Part shown: positions 13,358 through 26,737 of the stretch, piece after piece | Layout: every line of letters begins with the position of its first letter | Position numbering within the stretch: the stretch's first letter is position 1 | Source of the DNA: Lytechinus pictus | Lineage: Eukaryota | Direction: 5' to 3' | Length of the DNA: 64,000 nucleotides | Assembly: GCF_037042905.1 (NCBI RefSeq) | Contig: NC_087252.1 | Coordinates: forward strand, 15,440,001-15,504,000 | Program-made: the position numbers and the translations under genes | The notes under the pieces: generated by a model | What the model saw: only the letters and a program-made list of their open reading frames with translations | Database searches by the model: none | What the model was told of the DNA's origin: nothing

Positions 13358-13899
13358 TCAGCTGCAGTTTGTCATGCTTGTATAGTGGATTTGGACTTGA
13401 CTCCCAACCACAAGGCTTGCAGAATGCTAATGTCAGTATAAAGCTGACCATAGTTTTTGATCAGTGTCTAAAAGCTTTAATAACAAAAAAATATACCTAT
13501 GATAAGAACTTGAAATCACACTTCAAATTCTTATCATGGATACAAGATCTTTTCCCTAGGCTCGGGAGCATCGTCAGTCACTTTATCACTTGATGGATTG
13601 GGGCTATCATTGCTAAAATGATGAATCTTTTCAATTACTTTTGACATTAGGACAAACAGACATACGTAAGGTGATTCCGAGTACGATTAAGGTCCTCTTT
13701 TGATTTCCATCTCTTTCTGATGGATTTTGCATTTTGATAGATTTCTCCAGTTTCCTCTCAGTTACCCTTCTATTGCTCAAACACTTGATACTTGCTGTGT
13801 CCAAGTATGATTGAACTGGGGAATTGAAAGGATTTTTTGGTGTTTTTTTTATGTGTGTTTATTTATTTATCCAATATGATGAAAACCGATGTAGTATAC

Positions 13900-14052
13900 C
13901 TATTGCAACTGAGTTTGAAAGCTCTTGTTGGAATGCTCCCCAGGGAGTGGAGAGGGTGTGCGGAGAAGCCATATGGATAATCCGCAGACGTATGCGGACA
14001 AGCCAGGACCCGATGATCCAGGGTATTGTTTGTAAAGGGCTTTGAGACTTTC
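13900..14052 (+). mobile_element. SINE family C-related 3' fragment
   Basis: 'ggaatgctccccagggagtggagag...gatccagggt...tgtaaagggctttgag'. Confidence 0.55.
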
Positions 14053-14589
14053 TCCTGATGTATTGGGGGCGGGGGTGGTTGTTTTAGGGTGTCATGTTTT
14101 TGAGAAAAACAAAAATTATTATACACAGATGACAATTACAATGTTCAATATAAAATAAACAACAGACAACAGCTTTCCTATTGGAAAAATATGTTCAGTT
14201 ATTCATTTGAATAATAACATTCGTTTGTTTAGATTATTTCCTTTTAAACACATTGTAGATGTTTAACAATAATACATGTACAAATTAGATAATCATATAT
14301 AAAGCAAAAAAAAAAGAAAGATGTTAGTAATGATTTCAATGACACAATGTACAAAGAAATGCACTTCTATAAATCAACAGACATGTAATAATTAATATAG
14401 AAATACAAGATGCCCAAACCAACGTTTACATGCAATTTGTCTTTGTGATATTTTTGTCATCAACTTAATGGCGCATTAAGGATTTAGGATCCTAGATTTC
14501 AGAAATTCTGAGAAAGAAAGGAGACGGAGATTTCTGAATTCAAGAGGGACGGAGGTTTGCGAGATGTATTGAATCCAAGGAGCCGCAGG

Positions 14590-16205
14590 TGTTATCGGTG
14601 AATGAAAGAAAGGGATGAAGTAATGATGAGATACGTCAATAAAAGAGATAAGAGTGATGGATAAGAGAGATAAAATAAAGGTGGGAGTAAAACAAAAACA
14701 GGTAGAGAGTTAAAAAGAGAGAAATTATTGAAAGAATGAAAGGGATGGTATATGAAGTAATAATGAGATACAACAATAAAAGATAAGAGATACAGATGAG
14801 AAACGAATGAGAGAGATTGGAAAATGAATGTGGGAAAAAAAAACAACAAACAAAATGGGTAGAGAATTAGAAAGAGAGAGATAAGTTATTGGAAGAATGA
14901 AAGAGATGATATATGAAGTAATAATAAGATACAACAATAAAAGAGATAAGAGATAAAGATGAGAAACAAATAAGAGAGATAGGAAGATGAACGTGGGGGT
15001 AAAACAAAAACAAAACGTGTAGGAAGAACAGAGCCATTATATCAATGGCTCTGAATAGAGTGATCCATCCGTATATTTTTAAGTGTTTGTATATTCATAT
15101 TTAATCTCATATCTTGTGCAATGTATTTTGTTGTGATTTTTATATGGTAAATAAAACCAAACCAAACCAGAATTAGAAAGATAGATTAGTGACAGAACGA
15201 AAGGGATGGTATATGAAGTAATAAGGAGATACAACAATAAAAGAGATAAGAGAGACGGATGAGAAACGTATAAGAGAGATAGGAACAAAATGGATAGAGT
15301 ATTAGAAAGAGGGAGAGAGAGAGAGAGATTAGTGAAAGAATGAAAGGGATGGTATATGAAGTAATGATGGGATACAACAATAAAAGAGATAAGAGACACA
15401 GATGAGAAACAAATAAGAGAGATAGGAAAATGAATGTGGGGGTAAAAATACCCCAAATGGGTAGAGAATTAGAAAGAGAACGAGATAAGTGAAAGAATGA
15501 AAGGGGTGGTATATGAAGTAATAATGAGATATAACAAAAGAGATAAGAGACACGGATGAGAAACAAATGAGATACAGGAAAAAGGATGGTATATGAAGTA
15601 ATGATGAGATACAAAAAATAAAAAGATGAGAGAGACGGATGAGAAGGAAATATGAAGAGATGTGACAACAAAGATGATAATGAAAAGCAGGTACGAAGGT
15701 AGAAAGAGAGAGAGAGAGGGGGGAGATATAAATCAGTGAATGATGAAAGGGATGATATATGAAATAACAATGAAGTACAGAATAAAAGATAGGAGAGACA
15801 AATGATAAGAAATAAAGAGATATATGACATTAAAGATGGGAATAAAAAAGCAGGTGGGGAACTAGAAAGAGAGTTGAAGAAAGAGAGGGAAAGATAAATC
15901 AGTGAATCAAAGAAAGGGATGGTATATGAATTATTGATGATGTACCACAATAAAAGATAATAGAGAGAGACGGATGAGAAGAAATCAACATAAATATGAC
16001 ATTAAAGATGGGAATAAAAAAATAGGAGGGGAGCTAGAAAGAGAGAAAGAAAGATGAATGAGTGAATCAAAGAAAGGGATGGTATATGAGGTATTGATGA
16101 TGTACCACAATAAAAGAGAAAAGAGAGACAGATGGGATGAAAATAAGAGATATGAAAACAAAGATGGAAATACAAAGCAGGTAGGGAGAGAGAAGGAGAG
16201 TCTAG
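14590..16205. repeat. Purine-rich ~130-170-bp degenerate tandem repeat, about 9 units
   Basis: 'gaaagggatggtatatgaagtaat...gatacaacaataaaagagataagaga' recurs; interrupted at ~15021-15168. Confidence 0.9.
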
Positions 16206-17261
16206 ATAAAAACACCTTATTAGAACCAGAATGGCGGACGAGTGACATTTGAATAGAAGAAAGAGATACGAAATGGAACTGTACAAAAACAAATCTAAAT
16301 ATCCAGCTTTCTCATTTTAACCATAAAAGACATTTTGAATCACTTGGATTTGGTCAAAGAAATCATAACTGAAAACAAGCTATATCGTCCTCTGCACGGC
16401 GTCTTGCCTGAGCATGGTTTCGCTAATTTGCTGTAATTATCTCTTGTTCCTCTTATATCAGAAGAAAGAAGGAAAAAAAGAGATGGTATCGTTGATAGAA
16501 ATGCGGTGTGAATTTGCATAGTCCATGTGATTAGTGCCATCGGACTGCCTGCCTGGAGTGTAGGGTGACGGTCACCCAAGATGTAACAATGTCAGTTCTC
16601 TCATTGGCTTCATTCACATTATACAAAATCGTTGTATAACGCACCTTGTAAAAAGTTAGGGTCGCGTCTTTTTGTGCGCAGGTATCTCGAAAGCAGCTTT
16701 GTCTTCATAGTTCATCATAGACAAAGTAATTGGGAATTTCGATTATCTGTTATGAAAAGACATATATATCGTGGGGTTCCCGATAAAATGTTGGACATCG
16801 GACGTTTGACTAGTTAATTAAAAGAGCTACCACATGTATTTGGAAACATGTTCAGAATATCTTTCTAGGAACCTTTCAATCCTGATTGCAAATAACTTTC
16901 CTAATAATTTGATTGTCATGTACACTTATATATTTTTTAGTTTGAATTCCTTGAAAATTATCAGTTTTGAGGATTAACCCCATTCACATTATGATTTAAA
17001 CAAGCGGTAAGCCAAAGGATTAACCTTAGTACCGTAGTATTACTGTCAAGATGTTTGAATTAGCTATGTGTGCATCAGGAGAACATTTTTATCATTCATG
17101 TTGCCATTATTCCTTGATTTGGCCCCAAATTTATTGCTATCTAGCTCATATTATCCCAAGTTCTTAGCGGAAAGTATATCAAATGCATGGAAAGCTAATT
17201 AAATGCATCTGCACAGTCTTATTCAATGAGATTGATTTATGAGATTGAACTGATACATTTG

Positions 17262-17710
17262 ATGAACTATGCAACACGGAACTGTGCAACACTGAATTGT
17301 GCAACACTGAACTGTGCAACACTGAACTATGGAACACAGAACTCCAACACTGAACTGTGCAACACAGAACTGTGCAACACTGAACTGTGCAACACTGAAC
17401 TATGCAACACAGAACTGTGCAACACTGAACAGTGCAACACAGAATTGTGCAACACTGAACTGCAACACTGAACTATGCAACACTGAACTGTGTAACACTG
17501 AACTATGCAACACTGAACTGTGTAACACTGAACTATGCAACACTGAACTATTCAACACTAAGCTACGCAACACACTGTACTGTACAACACTTTGAACTAT
17601 GCATCACTGTGAACTGTGCAACACTGAACTTTTCAACACTGAACTATATGCAACACTGTGAAGTATATGCAACACTGAACTATGCAACAGTATGCACTCT
17701 TCAACACTGT
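17262..17710. repeat. 15-bp minisatellite (ACTGAACTRTGCAAC)n
   Basis: Direct reading. Confidence 0.95.
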
Positions 17711-17914
17711 TATCTAAAGTAGATGTGAATAGACCATACTGTTCAGGCAGTATTAACTTCATATAAAATGACCCTTTATAATCATACCTAAAAGCAAAAC
17801 GTATTTATACTTTGGGATCATTTACATTGGCATTATTTTTCTCATCGCATCTTATCAAAGAATTGAAGTGAGGCCTTGGCCCGCTGATAGTGCCATAATT
17901 TCTTTTGCGCACTC

Positions 17915-18068
17915 TATAATAATAATAATCCGCTTTTATATAGCGCTTAATACATCAGAACGACGTGTCTAAGTGCTTTACAGATATAATATTACCCCGG
18001 TCATTGGATTCAACTAATCATTCCCGTACACAATGTGTGCACATCCTCCACTCCCTGGGGAGTATATT
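17915..18068 (-). mobile_element. SINE family C 3' fragment
   Basis: (AAT)n tail, 'tatatagcgctt...taagtgctttacag' hairpin, 'cacatcctccactccctggggagt'. Confidence 0.7.
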
Positions 18069-19740
18069 TACAGTCATTCTTGCAAAGAAAAATTAGATCC
18101 ACAAATCCCGACTAATGTCGCTGTCAATGGAACTAGATGTTTTTCATCCAAAATAATGTTATTGATTTGTTCAGACTGGATCTGTTTTGGTGTTGTGACA
18201 ATAACATAACTGGCACAGCAGAAAAAGAAATACACATATTGGAGCTGAAAATTCATAATAGAAAAGAAGATAGATAAAAATTTAATGGGGTGAAATGAAG
18301 GTCTTAGCAATGTGATCAGGTGTAAACATGTGCTTGAATGCGGATGAAGGACATTGCTAGCCAGCCTTTGGAAATAATGCAAGACTAAAATTTGACTATA
18401 TGTGTGAAGAGCCAGGGGTTTCCTCAAACACTTGCGGAGCTCTTTGGTATTTTTAGTGAGTTAACCCCCTCCTCTCCTCCCCCTTTATAAAATTGTGGTA
18501 TAAAAGAAAATTCCAGTGATAAGGAAAGTGCATGGTAAAAAAAATGCCAGTATGAAGAACCCTGTGTATATTTCCCCAGAATCATACAGTAAAGGACAAT
18601 GTTACTCTGTGTGAATGACACCCCTAGAATCATACCTGTATAATATGGAGGCACTGATATGCTGCAATACGTGTCCATGGGGAGAGCAATGTAGTATGGG
18701 TTTCAGGGTGTGAAAGAAAAAAAAAGATGTCCAGAAGAAAAAAGGATGAGGTGATTTGAATGAAAGCAAAGAATCGGCCAGGGTACAATGGAGATGTACA
18801 TTCAAAGATGAGCATGAGAGAGACAAAGAGAGGAAGAGAGACAGTATGAGAGATAGAGAGTGAGGAAGAGAAGATTGATAAATGGAGGAAATAATGGAGA
18901 GATATAGAGGGAGAAACAATTATTCTGTGACATAACATTAAATGGAGGGTAGGAGAATGTTCTTTGGTTTTCACCGGCCTATTTAAAAATCATTAAAAGA
19001 GAATTTGTGATGCTCAGGTTATATAATTATCTCACTGTACTCTTTATGTTCTTATTATTAGTAGAAAATACCTTATGAGTTCAGGAAAGATGGAGTGAAA
19101 ATTTCTAGTCATTTGTGGAAGAGATTTTGCGAGTTATGAAGAAGATGTAACCGTACAAAAATGCTATATCAATCATAATTATGTACATGTAGCTATGAGT
19201 ACTTGATAAAAAAACTATAATGATATTGAATTTTGTTACAAATCTCATGCAATTTCACCATTCCATATAATTTGTTGAAATGAATTTATCACTCTGTGTT
19301 CAACATTGGCAGCTGACTTTCAATCCGATTCGAAATAAACAAATCTTCGTAACAATCGTTGTTACACTTCCTCCTCGAAGAACTGAAGAAAGAGACGAAA
19401 ATCAGCCAAGAAGCCGACAGTTCCGAATTGAGACGTAAAAAGAATACCTCTCTCGGGAAGAATTCATCATGGAGCGTATGAAAGATGCATCGCCGGAGTG
19501 ATATTGAGCAATTATGGCTTCCTCCTGCCGCCAGATGTGTATTGTGTTTCTGGCTAAAACATTTCTCTTGTTGTGTGTTTCCACGGGAACCGGGAAGAGA
19601 GAAGGTGTATTCATGACATCTAATTAGATTATGCAGAAGGTGGATGACCTGAAGTGTTTGCTAGGAAAGGTAGAATGATGTGATGATCAGAGAGAAAGAG
19701 ATAGAAAAGGAAAGAGAGGGACAGAAAATACAGACTTTCG

Positions 19741-19801
<61 letters not shown>

Positions 19802-19818
19802 CACTACTACTACTACTT

Positions 19819-19857
<39 letters not shown>

Positions 19858-20041
19858 GTACTACTTCTACTTCTACTACTACTAGTAGAAGTACTACTAG
19901 TACGTCTACTACTGCTGCTGCTGCTGCTACTACTACCACTACTACTACTACTACTACTACTAGTACTTTTACTACTACTACTAGTACTACTACTACTACT
20001 ACTTCTACTACTACTACTACTACTACCACTACTACTACTAG

Positions 20042-20078
<37 letters not shown>

Positions 20079-20285
20079 GCTACTACTACTACTACTATTA
20101 ATACCAATACTCCTTCTACTCCAACTACTACTACTACTACTACTACTTCTACTGCTACTACTGCTACTACTTCTACTACTACTACTACTACTACTATTAC
20201 TACTATTACTACTACTACTACTACTTTTACTGTTACTACTATTACTACTACTTTTCATACTACTACTTATTATACTACTACTACT
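19741..20285. repeat. (ACT)n microsatellite, ~545 bp
   Basis: Direct reading; generates spurious poly-T/S/V ORFs. Confidence 0.97.
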
Positions 20286-23281
20286 AATTTACTTCTAATA
20301 ATTATATATATTCTAAATGTAATATACTGTCCCTCGTGTGGTCATTATCTTGATGTTTATTAGCAATAAGGAGAAAATCCACTATTTATCCCTACTGTTT
20401 AGGCTTTAATTAATGTACAATTCAATAATAGAGAAATAAATACTTGTCTTCATGCAATTTATATTTGTATGATTTTTTGATGAAACATAAATATCAAACA
20501 AAAAATTATTGATTATTTTTTCAAAATTTAGTGTTACAGATTACTACCACATTCACCACACATCAGAGTAGGTACCATGGTTTAATTCTTGGTAAACGTT
20601 CAATACATCTTTGTGAAAAATGACAAAAGAAAACAAAGAACAAGTAGGTATTATATGATTCAACATCAAAGTATCATTACTGAGATCATTTCAATGAATG
20701 TATTTTGATAATGTCACGTAAATAGTTCGCCTGAATTATCCATCCCTAAATAATGCACATTAGTAACCTCTTTCAGAAATTTGCAATTTTGAGAGTCAAA
20801 TACTCACTGCTTCACCTAAGCAGTTATCAGCTAAATTCAGTATTTCCACTGATGAAAAATGAATTTGAATTCATATTTTGTAATAGAAATCAGGTGAGTT
20901 GATAGATGGATGAAGATAGGGGACGGGATTGTAAAAGGAGAAGAAAATTAGACTCTAATTCTGTTGGCTTCGTCCATAATCAGTCCCTTTTACATTAATA
21001 TACTATACCTTACATCTCTAATTTGTCAATTAATTATCTGAAATTGACTTGGAATACCAGATTGAATGAGACGTAATTTACATCATACCTTGCCTACTTT
21101 AAGGATGATGACATTAATTTTGATAATGCTTTTAGAGTAGGATGCCTTTTAGCAGCGTATTAATTTGCAGATTTTTATTAAGATTGAATAATCTTTTGCA
21201 GGTTAAAAAAAACTGGGCATTTAGTGGGATACGTCTTGGATATGCAGACAAAAGAGTGCCTATTTCTGAGGTGTTTTGAGGAACAAAACACTGTTGCTTT
21301 TTTAAATTATTATTTTAACTTATTCATTATGAGAGAATTTAAAGTTTCATATAGGATTACCAGTTTCTTTCATCACATACAAATTAATTTATCCAACATG
21401 GATAGTGCATACGAAGGGGAGAAGGAAAGAAAAAAAGAGACGGAGAAATAAGAAAACAGAATGAAAGAAAGAGATTGAAATTAATAAAGGAATAAGGAAA
21501 GAGAGAGAAAAAATAAGAAAGAGAGATAGATAGGGAGAGAGGAGGGGAACGGGAAGTGAGGTGAGGTTGGTACGGGGGCAAAGGAGAAGGGAGTTCAAAT
21601 AAAACAGTAGAGCAAAATAGAAAGGACGAAGAGAGAAAGAAATGAAATGAGCTAAGAAAGACTTTAAAACATACAAAGAAAATATGGAACATGGATTAAT
21701 GTCAAATAGATGGATAAAAAAAAGGAGAAAGAGGGAGAAAGAGGAGGGGGAGGGGGGCTGGAGTGGAGGGGTAGAGAGGTGAGGTAGGGTATGGGAAAGA
21801 AATTGATGGAGAGGGTTAAAAGAAAGAAAAAAACTAAAGCAACATAGAAAGGATGAAGAGAGAAAAGGAGTAACAAGCAAAGAATGATTGTGAGAGTAAA
21901 AACTAGAGTTGCATTGGGTCAGGTAAGAAAATTACACTTTTTTATGGCTATTTAATTAAGTTAGCTTGGTATTGTTGACATTGATTTTCAGCAGGGAAAA
22001 GAGTATAAGAACTGGGAAATCAAGTGAAGTGCAGATTGTGTGCTAAAAAGGAACAACCTTTCTCAGATTAAAAAAAAAATCGAAAGAACAGCCATTATAT
22101 AGCAAAGGGAGAAAAAGAGCGTCAGTGCAGTCCCAAGTATAGGAAACTGTGTAAGGGAGTTGAGCAAACTCTGATTGATTACAAAGGGGCGTACGGTCCC
22201 AGCCTATGGAAATTTTTTGAGGGGAGTTTGATTGCAGAAAATATATTGTCGCTTTGCTTTGCGTGGGGTGGAAACAATTTTTGAAAGGCAAAGAAAAGGG
22301 GGAATGTAGTCCCATGTATTGGGAACGGTGGAGGGTATCTGTGATTGATTAAAAGGGGGAATTAAGACCAAGTGGTGAACAATGTATAGGATGTGAGATT
22401 GAGTGGACTGGGGTGGGAATGAATTTCGTACCGGTCTGGGGAGGGCGAAGGGGGTCTCCGTGGAGGGAGGAGATGACAAGTTTGTGAATGAATCGATTTA
22501 TCAGTACCCGCTTGATGGATCTCGGGGAAGCCGTCTTGTAATTTATTTCTTGCTCTACGACGCTATTCTTGATTCTTATAATGTGAGAATCGAAGAGGGA
22601 ATACTGGGGAGTATTATAGTGTAAAATGATCAGGAAAAAGAAGAAATTAGAATATTTGAGGGAGAGAAGGGTTTTATAGCATGGTTTTATTTAAAAAGGG
22701 AAATCTGGTATAGATTTTGCAACTTATGAAAAGAGGGAGAGAAGGGGGGGGGGGGCAGGGGAGAGTGAGGAGGAAGGTATGACACATATCTTGACTGAAA
22801 GGGGGGGGGGAAGAGAAATATTAGGAAATGGAAAGAGGAGAGACAGAGAGAGAGAGGGATGTACAAAAGAGAGAGATTGAGATACGTCAACCTTTTTGGA
22901 ATGTTCTTTATATTTTCACTGAATAATACAGACTCACTATCATTTAGTTACTTATGTATGTAAAGCATTTATTGCAATCCCACTTACTGTAATTGGTGTC
23001 TTCTCCTGAAAATAGCTCCAAGAGGCTTATAAAAGGGTGCATCTCACTATTACCATTGAGAGATAGCTTCAACGAGTACAGTATTACATTTTGTGAAAAA
23101 AATACTGTTTGCTACTTTCCTGTAAAAGGTTGTTTTATGTAAAAAAAAAAGGCTAGATCATATGGATAAAATATTTAATGGAAGTAATATATCTTTCATT
23201 ATTATGTTTAGTCGATCATACCCCTCTCCCTCTCTCTTTCTTTGTCTGTCTCCTTCTGTCTTCCTCTGCTATAAAGTCTTG

Positions 23282-23465
23282 ATAATAATAACAATAATAA
23301 TGATATTTTGCTTTAGCTTTAAAAAGCGATTGAGACGTCAGAGCAGTGTCTCTAAGCAATTAGAAGAGATAAACTGGCCATCGGATCATGGCATGACTGT
23401 ATATATTGTATGTACTTTCTCCACTCCCTGGGGAGTATTCAGGTTAGAGCTTTCAAGTTCTGACT
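23282..23465 (-). mobile_element. SINE family C-related 3' fragment
   Basis: (AAT)n-like tail and 'ctccactccctggggagtattc...agagctttcaa', matching the 13915-13952 copy in reverse. Confidence 0.55.
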
Positions 23466-24132
23466 GAGATGTGTAAATTTGACAGAGATTGTGCAAATTG
23501 CTCATCTTGAAATATATGTTTCATATTTTGAAATATATATTCCATGTGAAGATTATATATGCCCTCTATTGTACACACTACCAAAATACCTCTATATTTT
23601 TCTCTCCTTCTTTTGTGGTCTCTCTCTTTCTCTATCTGTGTCTCTCTCCATCTCTTTCTGTGTCTCTGTCTCTCTCTTTCTGTCTCTATATGTCTCACCT
23701 ATTCACATTCTGCAATGATGCATGCATAGTGGCAGACGGACAAGGCGATTTCTTCTGCAAACTGTGGCGCCTTGTTTGCGGGCAGCCAAGCCACTTTATG
23801 ACCATTATCTCATCACCTCCTGGCCAAACTCATGTTAGATACCATTGAACCCATACAGCCAACTGTGAATATGGAGATGGAGAGAGAGAGGAAGAGAGAG
23901 AGAGAGAGAGAAAAAAGATAATACTATTATATTTTTTCTTTCATGATGAATATTAAAAGCAGTGGGATACCCAAGCTATGTACAGTCTAGCATGGATGGC
24001 AGATTATGGCCAGACGTATAAGGACGTTCTCACCATTTCACAAGAAAAATGTTTTTTGAATCAAATTACCCACATCCCTCAGATTGAAAGACGATAGTCG
24101 TAACCACCAGACCACGACACCCCCTAAATTAT

Positions 24133-26737
24133 ATTCAATTCAATTCAATTCAATTCAATCATTTATTTTTCCACTTTCAATTTCATATTTACAATTTTTG
24201 ATACAATTGACATAGTAACATATAATCACATTTGAAGTACATACAAAAAAATTGATAACATTATAAAATTACAATAGACAATTATCAAATCGAAATATAA
24301 ATAATTGAAAGGGAGGGAGGGCCAACTGATAAGCAGAGCTTGTATAATGTAGGCCCCCCTAATGTTGTAATTACGTGTTTATAGCAACTGAATTGCTCTT
24401 TTGTAAAAACAAACAAACAAACAAACAAACAAATAACAATATTTACATTATGTAATATATACATTATTATACAAATCATATGCATCATATTAAAAAATAT
24501 TTAAAAATATATGAATCACTCATAGTGTATACAAATTATTAAAGGTTTCCTTCTTAGCACTGAAGGCTTAATTTGTAATTGATGAATTAAATATTTAGTA
24601 ATAATTCAGGAGAAATGATTTAAGTCGTTTTTTGAACATTTGTTTAGAATTGCTTTGTTTTATATCAATTGTAAAAGAATTCCATAGCTTAGGACCCATA
24701 AAAATAAACGTTTTTTGAGCAAATGATGTTCTGTTCAGTGGTAAATGAAAAGAGTTTGCTTGGCGTGTGAAGTGACTATGAATCGAACTATTTTTAAAAA
24801 ACATATCAATTAGAGGCATAGGTAGTTGTTTAGTATTAAGCTTGAACATAAACTGTCCAAGTTGAAAAGTGTACAGTTCTTTAATTTTCAGAATTTTATT
24901 TTTCAAGAATAGATTATTTGTATGTGCCCGGAAATCTGCATTATTTATTACACGAATAGCTCTTTTTTGCAATATAAATAGTCTATCGATCAGCCAAATT
25001 GTTGCATTACCCCAAGCAATAAGTCCATAATTTAAGTAAGGGAGGATTAATGTAGAATACAAGGATAACATAATAGTGTGTGGTAAAAATTGTTTTAATT
25101 TACCAAGGATCCCAGTATTTCGAGCAATGATTTTGCAGACATTGTCCACGTGCGGTTTCCAGGAAAGCTTGTCATCTATGATTAGCCCAAGGAATCGAGT
25201 TGATCGGACCCTTTGGATGACAGTACCATCAAAAATTACATCATTTGGTAAAGCTTCAAATTTATTACTAAACAGCATATAACTAGTTTTATCAAGGTTT
25301 AGTGATAATTTGTTTGCTTTTATCCAATTTGCAACGTTTTTAAGTTCTTTATTTAACATTTGCGTCAATTGTTTTGGATCATGATGTGAGAAAAATATAT
25401 TTGAATCATCAGCAAAAAGAATGAATTGAAGTAACCTAGACGACTTTTCAATGTCATTTATATAAATTATAAACAAAAGTGGACCCAGAATACTGCCCTG
25501 CGGAACTCCGCAAAGGACAGGCTTGTGTTCAGAGAAATTGTCATTAAGTGAAACGAACTGGGAGCGCCCTTTAAGATAATTCCTAAACCATATCAATGGT
25601 TTTCCCCGAATGCCGTAATGAGAAAGTTTGAAAAGAAGGATGTCGTGATCAACAGTATCAAATGCTTTAGAAAAATCTATGAACATACCAACCGTATTAG
25701 AAGACTGGTCACTTTCTTTAGCTACCTTTTGAACTAAAGAAAGTATTGCATGAGTAGTGCTACTCTTTTCTCGGAAGCCATATTGAGTATTAGAAAGAAT
25801 ATTGTGCTTGTGAAAGAAATTTGTTGTACGAATGTGGACCAACTTTTCAAGGATTTTGGACAAAGTTGTTAGCAATGAAATGGGTCTATAATTATTTGTT
25901 AGCTCTCTATCACCCTTTTTGAAAACCGGAATTATTTTCGAAATTTTCATTGATTCTGGAATATGTCCAGATGATAAAGACAGATTGAATATATGAACGA
26001 GAGGATGAACAATATAATTCATAGTTTTTTGCAGAAGGTTGTTATCGATTCCATCAAATCCTGCACTCTTATTCAATTTCAGCCCATATATGATTTTGAT
26101 TATTTCTTGTGGGTAGGTAGGAGAGAAAAATAAAGAACTTTCGTTTCTATCAGTCAGATAATTATGAAAAGAGTGATCTGTTGATGGTATATGGCTAGCG
26201 AGGTTAAAACCTACATTGGAAAAATAATTGTTAAAAATATTTGCCATTTGAATTGTATTCTCAATTATAGCATTATCATGCCTAAGCTTAGTAATCTTAG
26301 GATGCTTTGATCCATTGTGAAGGGTAGAATTTATTATCTTCCATGTTCGTCTTAGATTATTTTGACAGCGATTAAATTGGTCATGATAATATACCTTTTT
26401 TGCTGTGCGGATGACACTTGTAAGTACATTCTTATAACTGGTATACTGAATCCTTGTTTGATCAGTACATTTAGACAAGTGTTTATAGTATAACCTATTT
26501 TTTCGATTTATCGATCGCAGAATCGAATTCGTAATCCAAGGAAGTCTTGGCGACTTCTTATAATTTTTAGACTTATGTGTAGAATAAGGAATATTTCGAT
26601 TTACGTGAGACATGAAAATGTCAATAAATTTATCATACGAATGATTAACATCTTCGTTATTAAATACATCATGCCAAGTTTCTTCCTCAAGGCTTAACTT
26701 CAAACGATCAATGTTTTCGTCACTAAACACGCGTCTT
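24133..26737 (-). mobile_element. 5'-truncated LINE insertion (ORF2, ~460-bp 3'UTR, (TTGAA)n tail)
   Basis: RT ORF followed by an AT-rich 3'UTR ending in (ATTCA)n on the + strand at ~24133-24160. An in-frame TAA lies just upstream of 26736, marking the probable truncation junction. No clear TSD. Confidence 0.85.
24595..26730 (-). CDS. Non-LTR retrotransposon ORF2, 5'-truncated: reverse transcriptase plus C-terminal region (CR1/L2-group LINE)
   Basis: 711-aa open frame with RT motifs NYRPISLL, QYGFR, FIDFSKAFDTV, GVPQGSILGPLLF, LFADD (catalytic box), FLGLIID and the C-terminal LQKRAIR. The APE endonuclease domain is missing and the GTG start is an artefact of truncation. Confidence 0.93.
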   Translation of the reverse strand: MFSDENIDRLKLSLEEETWHDVFNNEDVNHSYDKFIDIFMSHVNRNIPYSTHKSKNYKKSPRLPWITNSILRSINRKNRLYYKHLSKCTDQTRIQYTSYKNVLTSVIRTAKKVYYHDQFNRCQNNLRRTWKIINSTLHNGSKHPKITKLRHDNAIIENTIQMANIFNNYFSNVGFNLASHIPSTDHSFHNYLTDRNESSLFFSPTYPQEIIKIIYGLKLNKSAGFDGIDNNLLQKTMNYIVHPLVHIFNLSLSSGHIPESMKISKIIPVFKKGDRELTNNYRPISLLTTLSKILEKLVHIRTTNFFHKHNILSNTQYGFREKSSTTHAILSLVQKVAKESDQSSNTVGMFIDFSKAFDTVDHDILLFKLSHYGIRGKPLIWFRNYLKGRSQFVSLNDNFSEHKPVLCGVPQGSILGPLLFIIYINDIEKSSRLLQFILFADDSNIFFSHHDPKQLTQMLNKELKNVANWIKANKLSLNLDKTSYMLFSNKFEALPNDVIFDGTVIQRVRSTRFLGLIIDDKLSWKPHVDNVCKIIARNTGILGKLKQFLPHTIMLSLYSTLILPYLNYGLIAWGNATIWLIDRLFILQKRAIRVINNADFRAHTNNLFLKNKILKIKELYTFQLGQFMFKLNTKQLPMPLIDMFFKNSSIHSHFTRQANSFHLPLNRTSFAQKTFIFMGPKLWNSFTIDIKQSNSKQMFKKRLKSFLLNYY

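Noticed and set aside
14592..16292. Hydrophobic Leu/Ser/Phe ORFs up to 254 aa
   Set aside because: Antisense translations of the purine-rich tandem array
17226..17595. (NTELC)n / (LNCAT)n repeat proteins
   Set aside because: 15-bp minisatellite with frameshifting units
19380..19490. Protein-like frame LKKETKISQEADSSELRRKKN
   Set aside because: Short, ends in a stop, no convincing splice sites or recognisable homology
19629..20363. Long poly-Thr/Ser/Val ORFs (mucin-like)
   Set aside because: Translations of an (ACT)n microsatellite; no splice sites or flanking domains
21900..21930. CAG|GTAAGA as a recursive site
   Set aside because: Upstream sequence is purine-rich with nearby AGs and no pyrimidine tract
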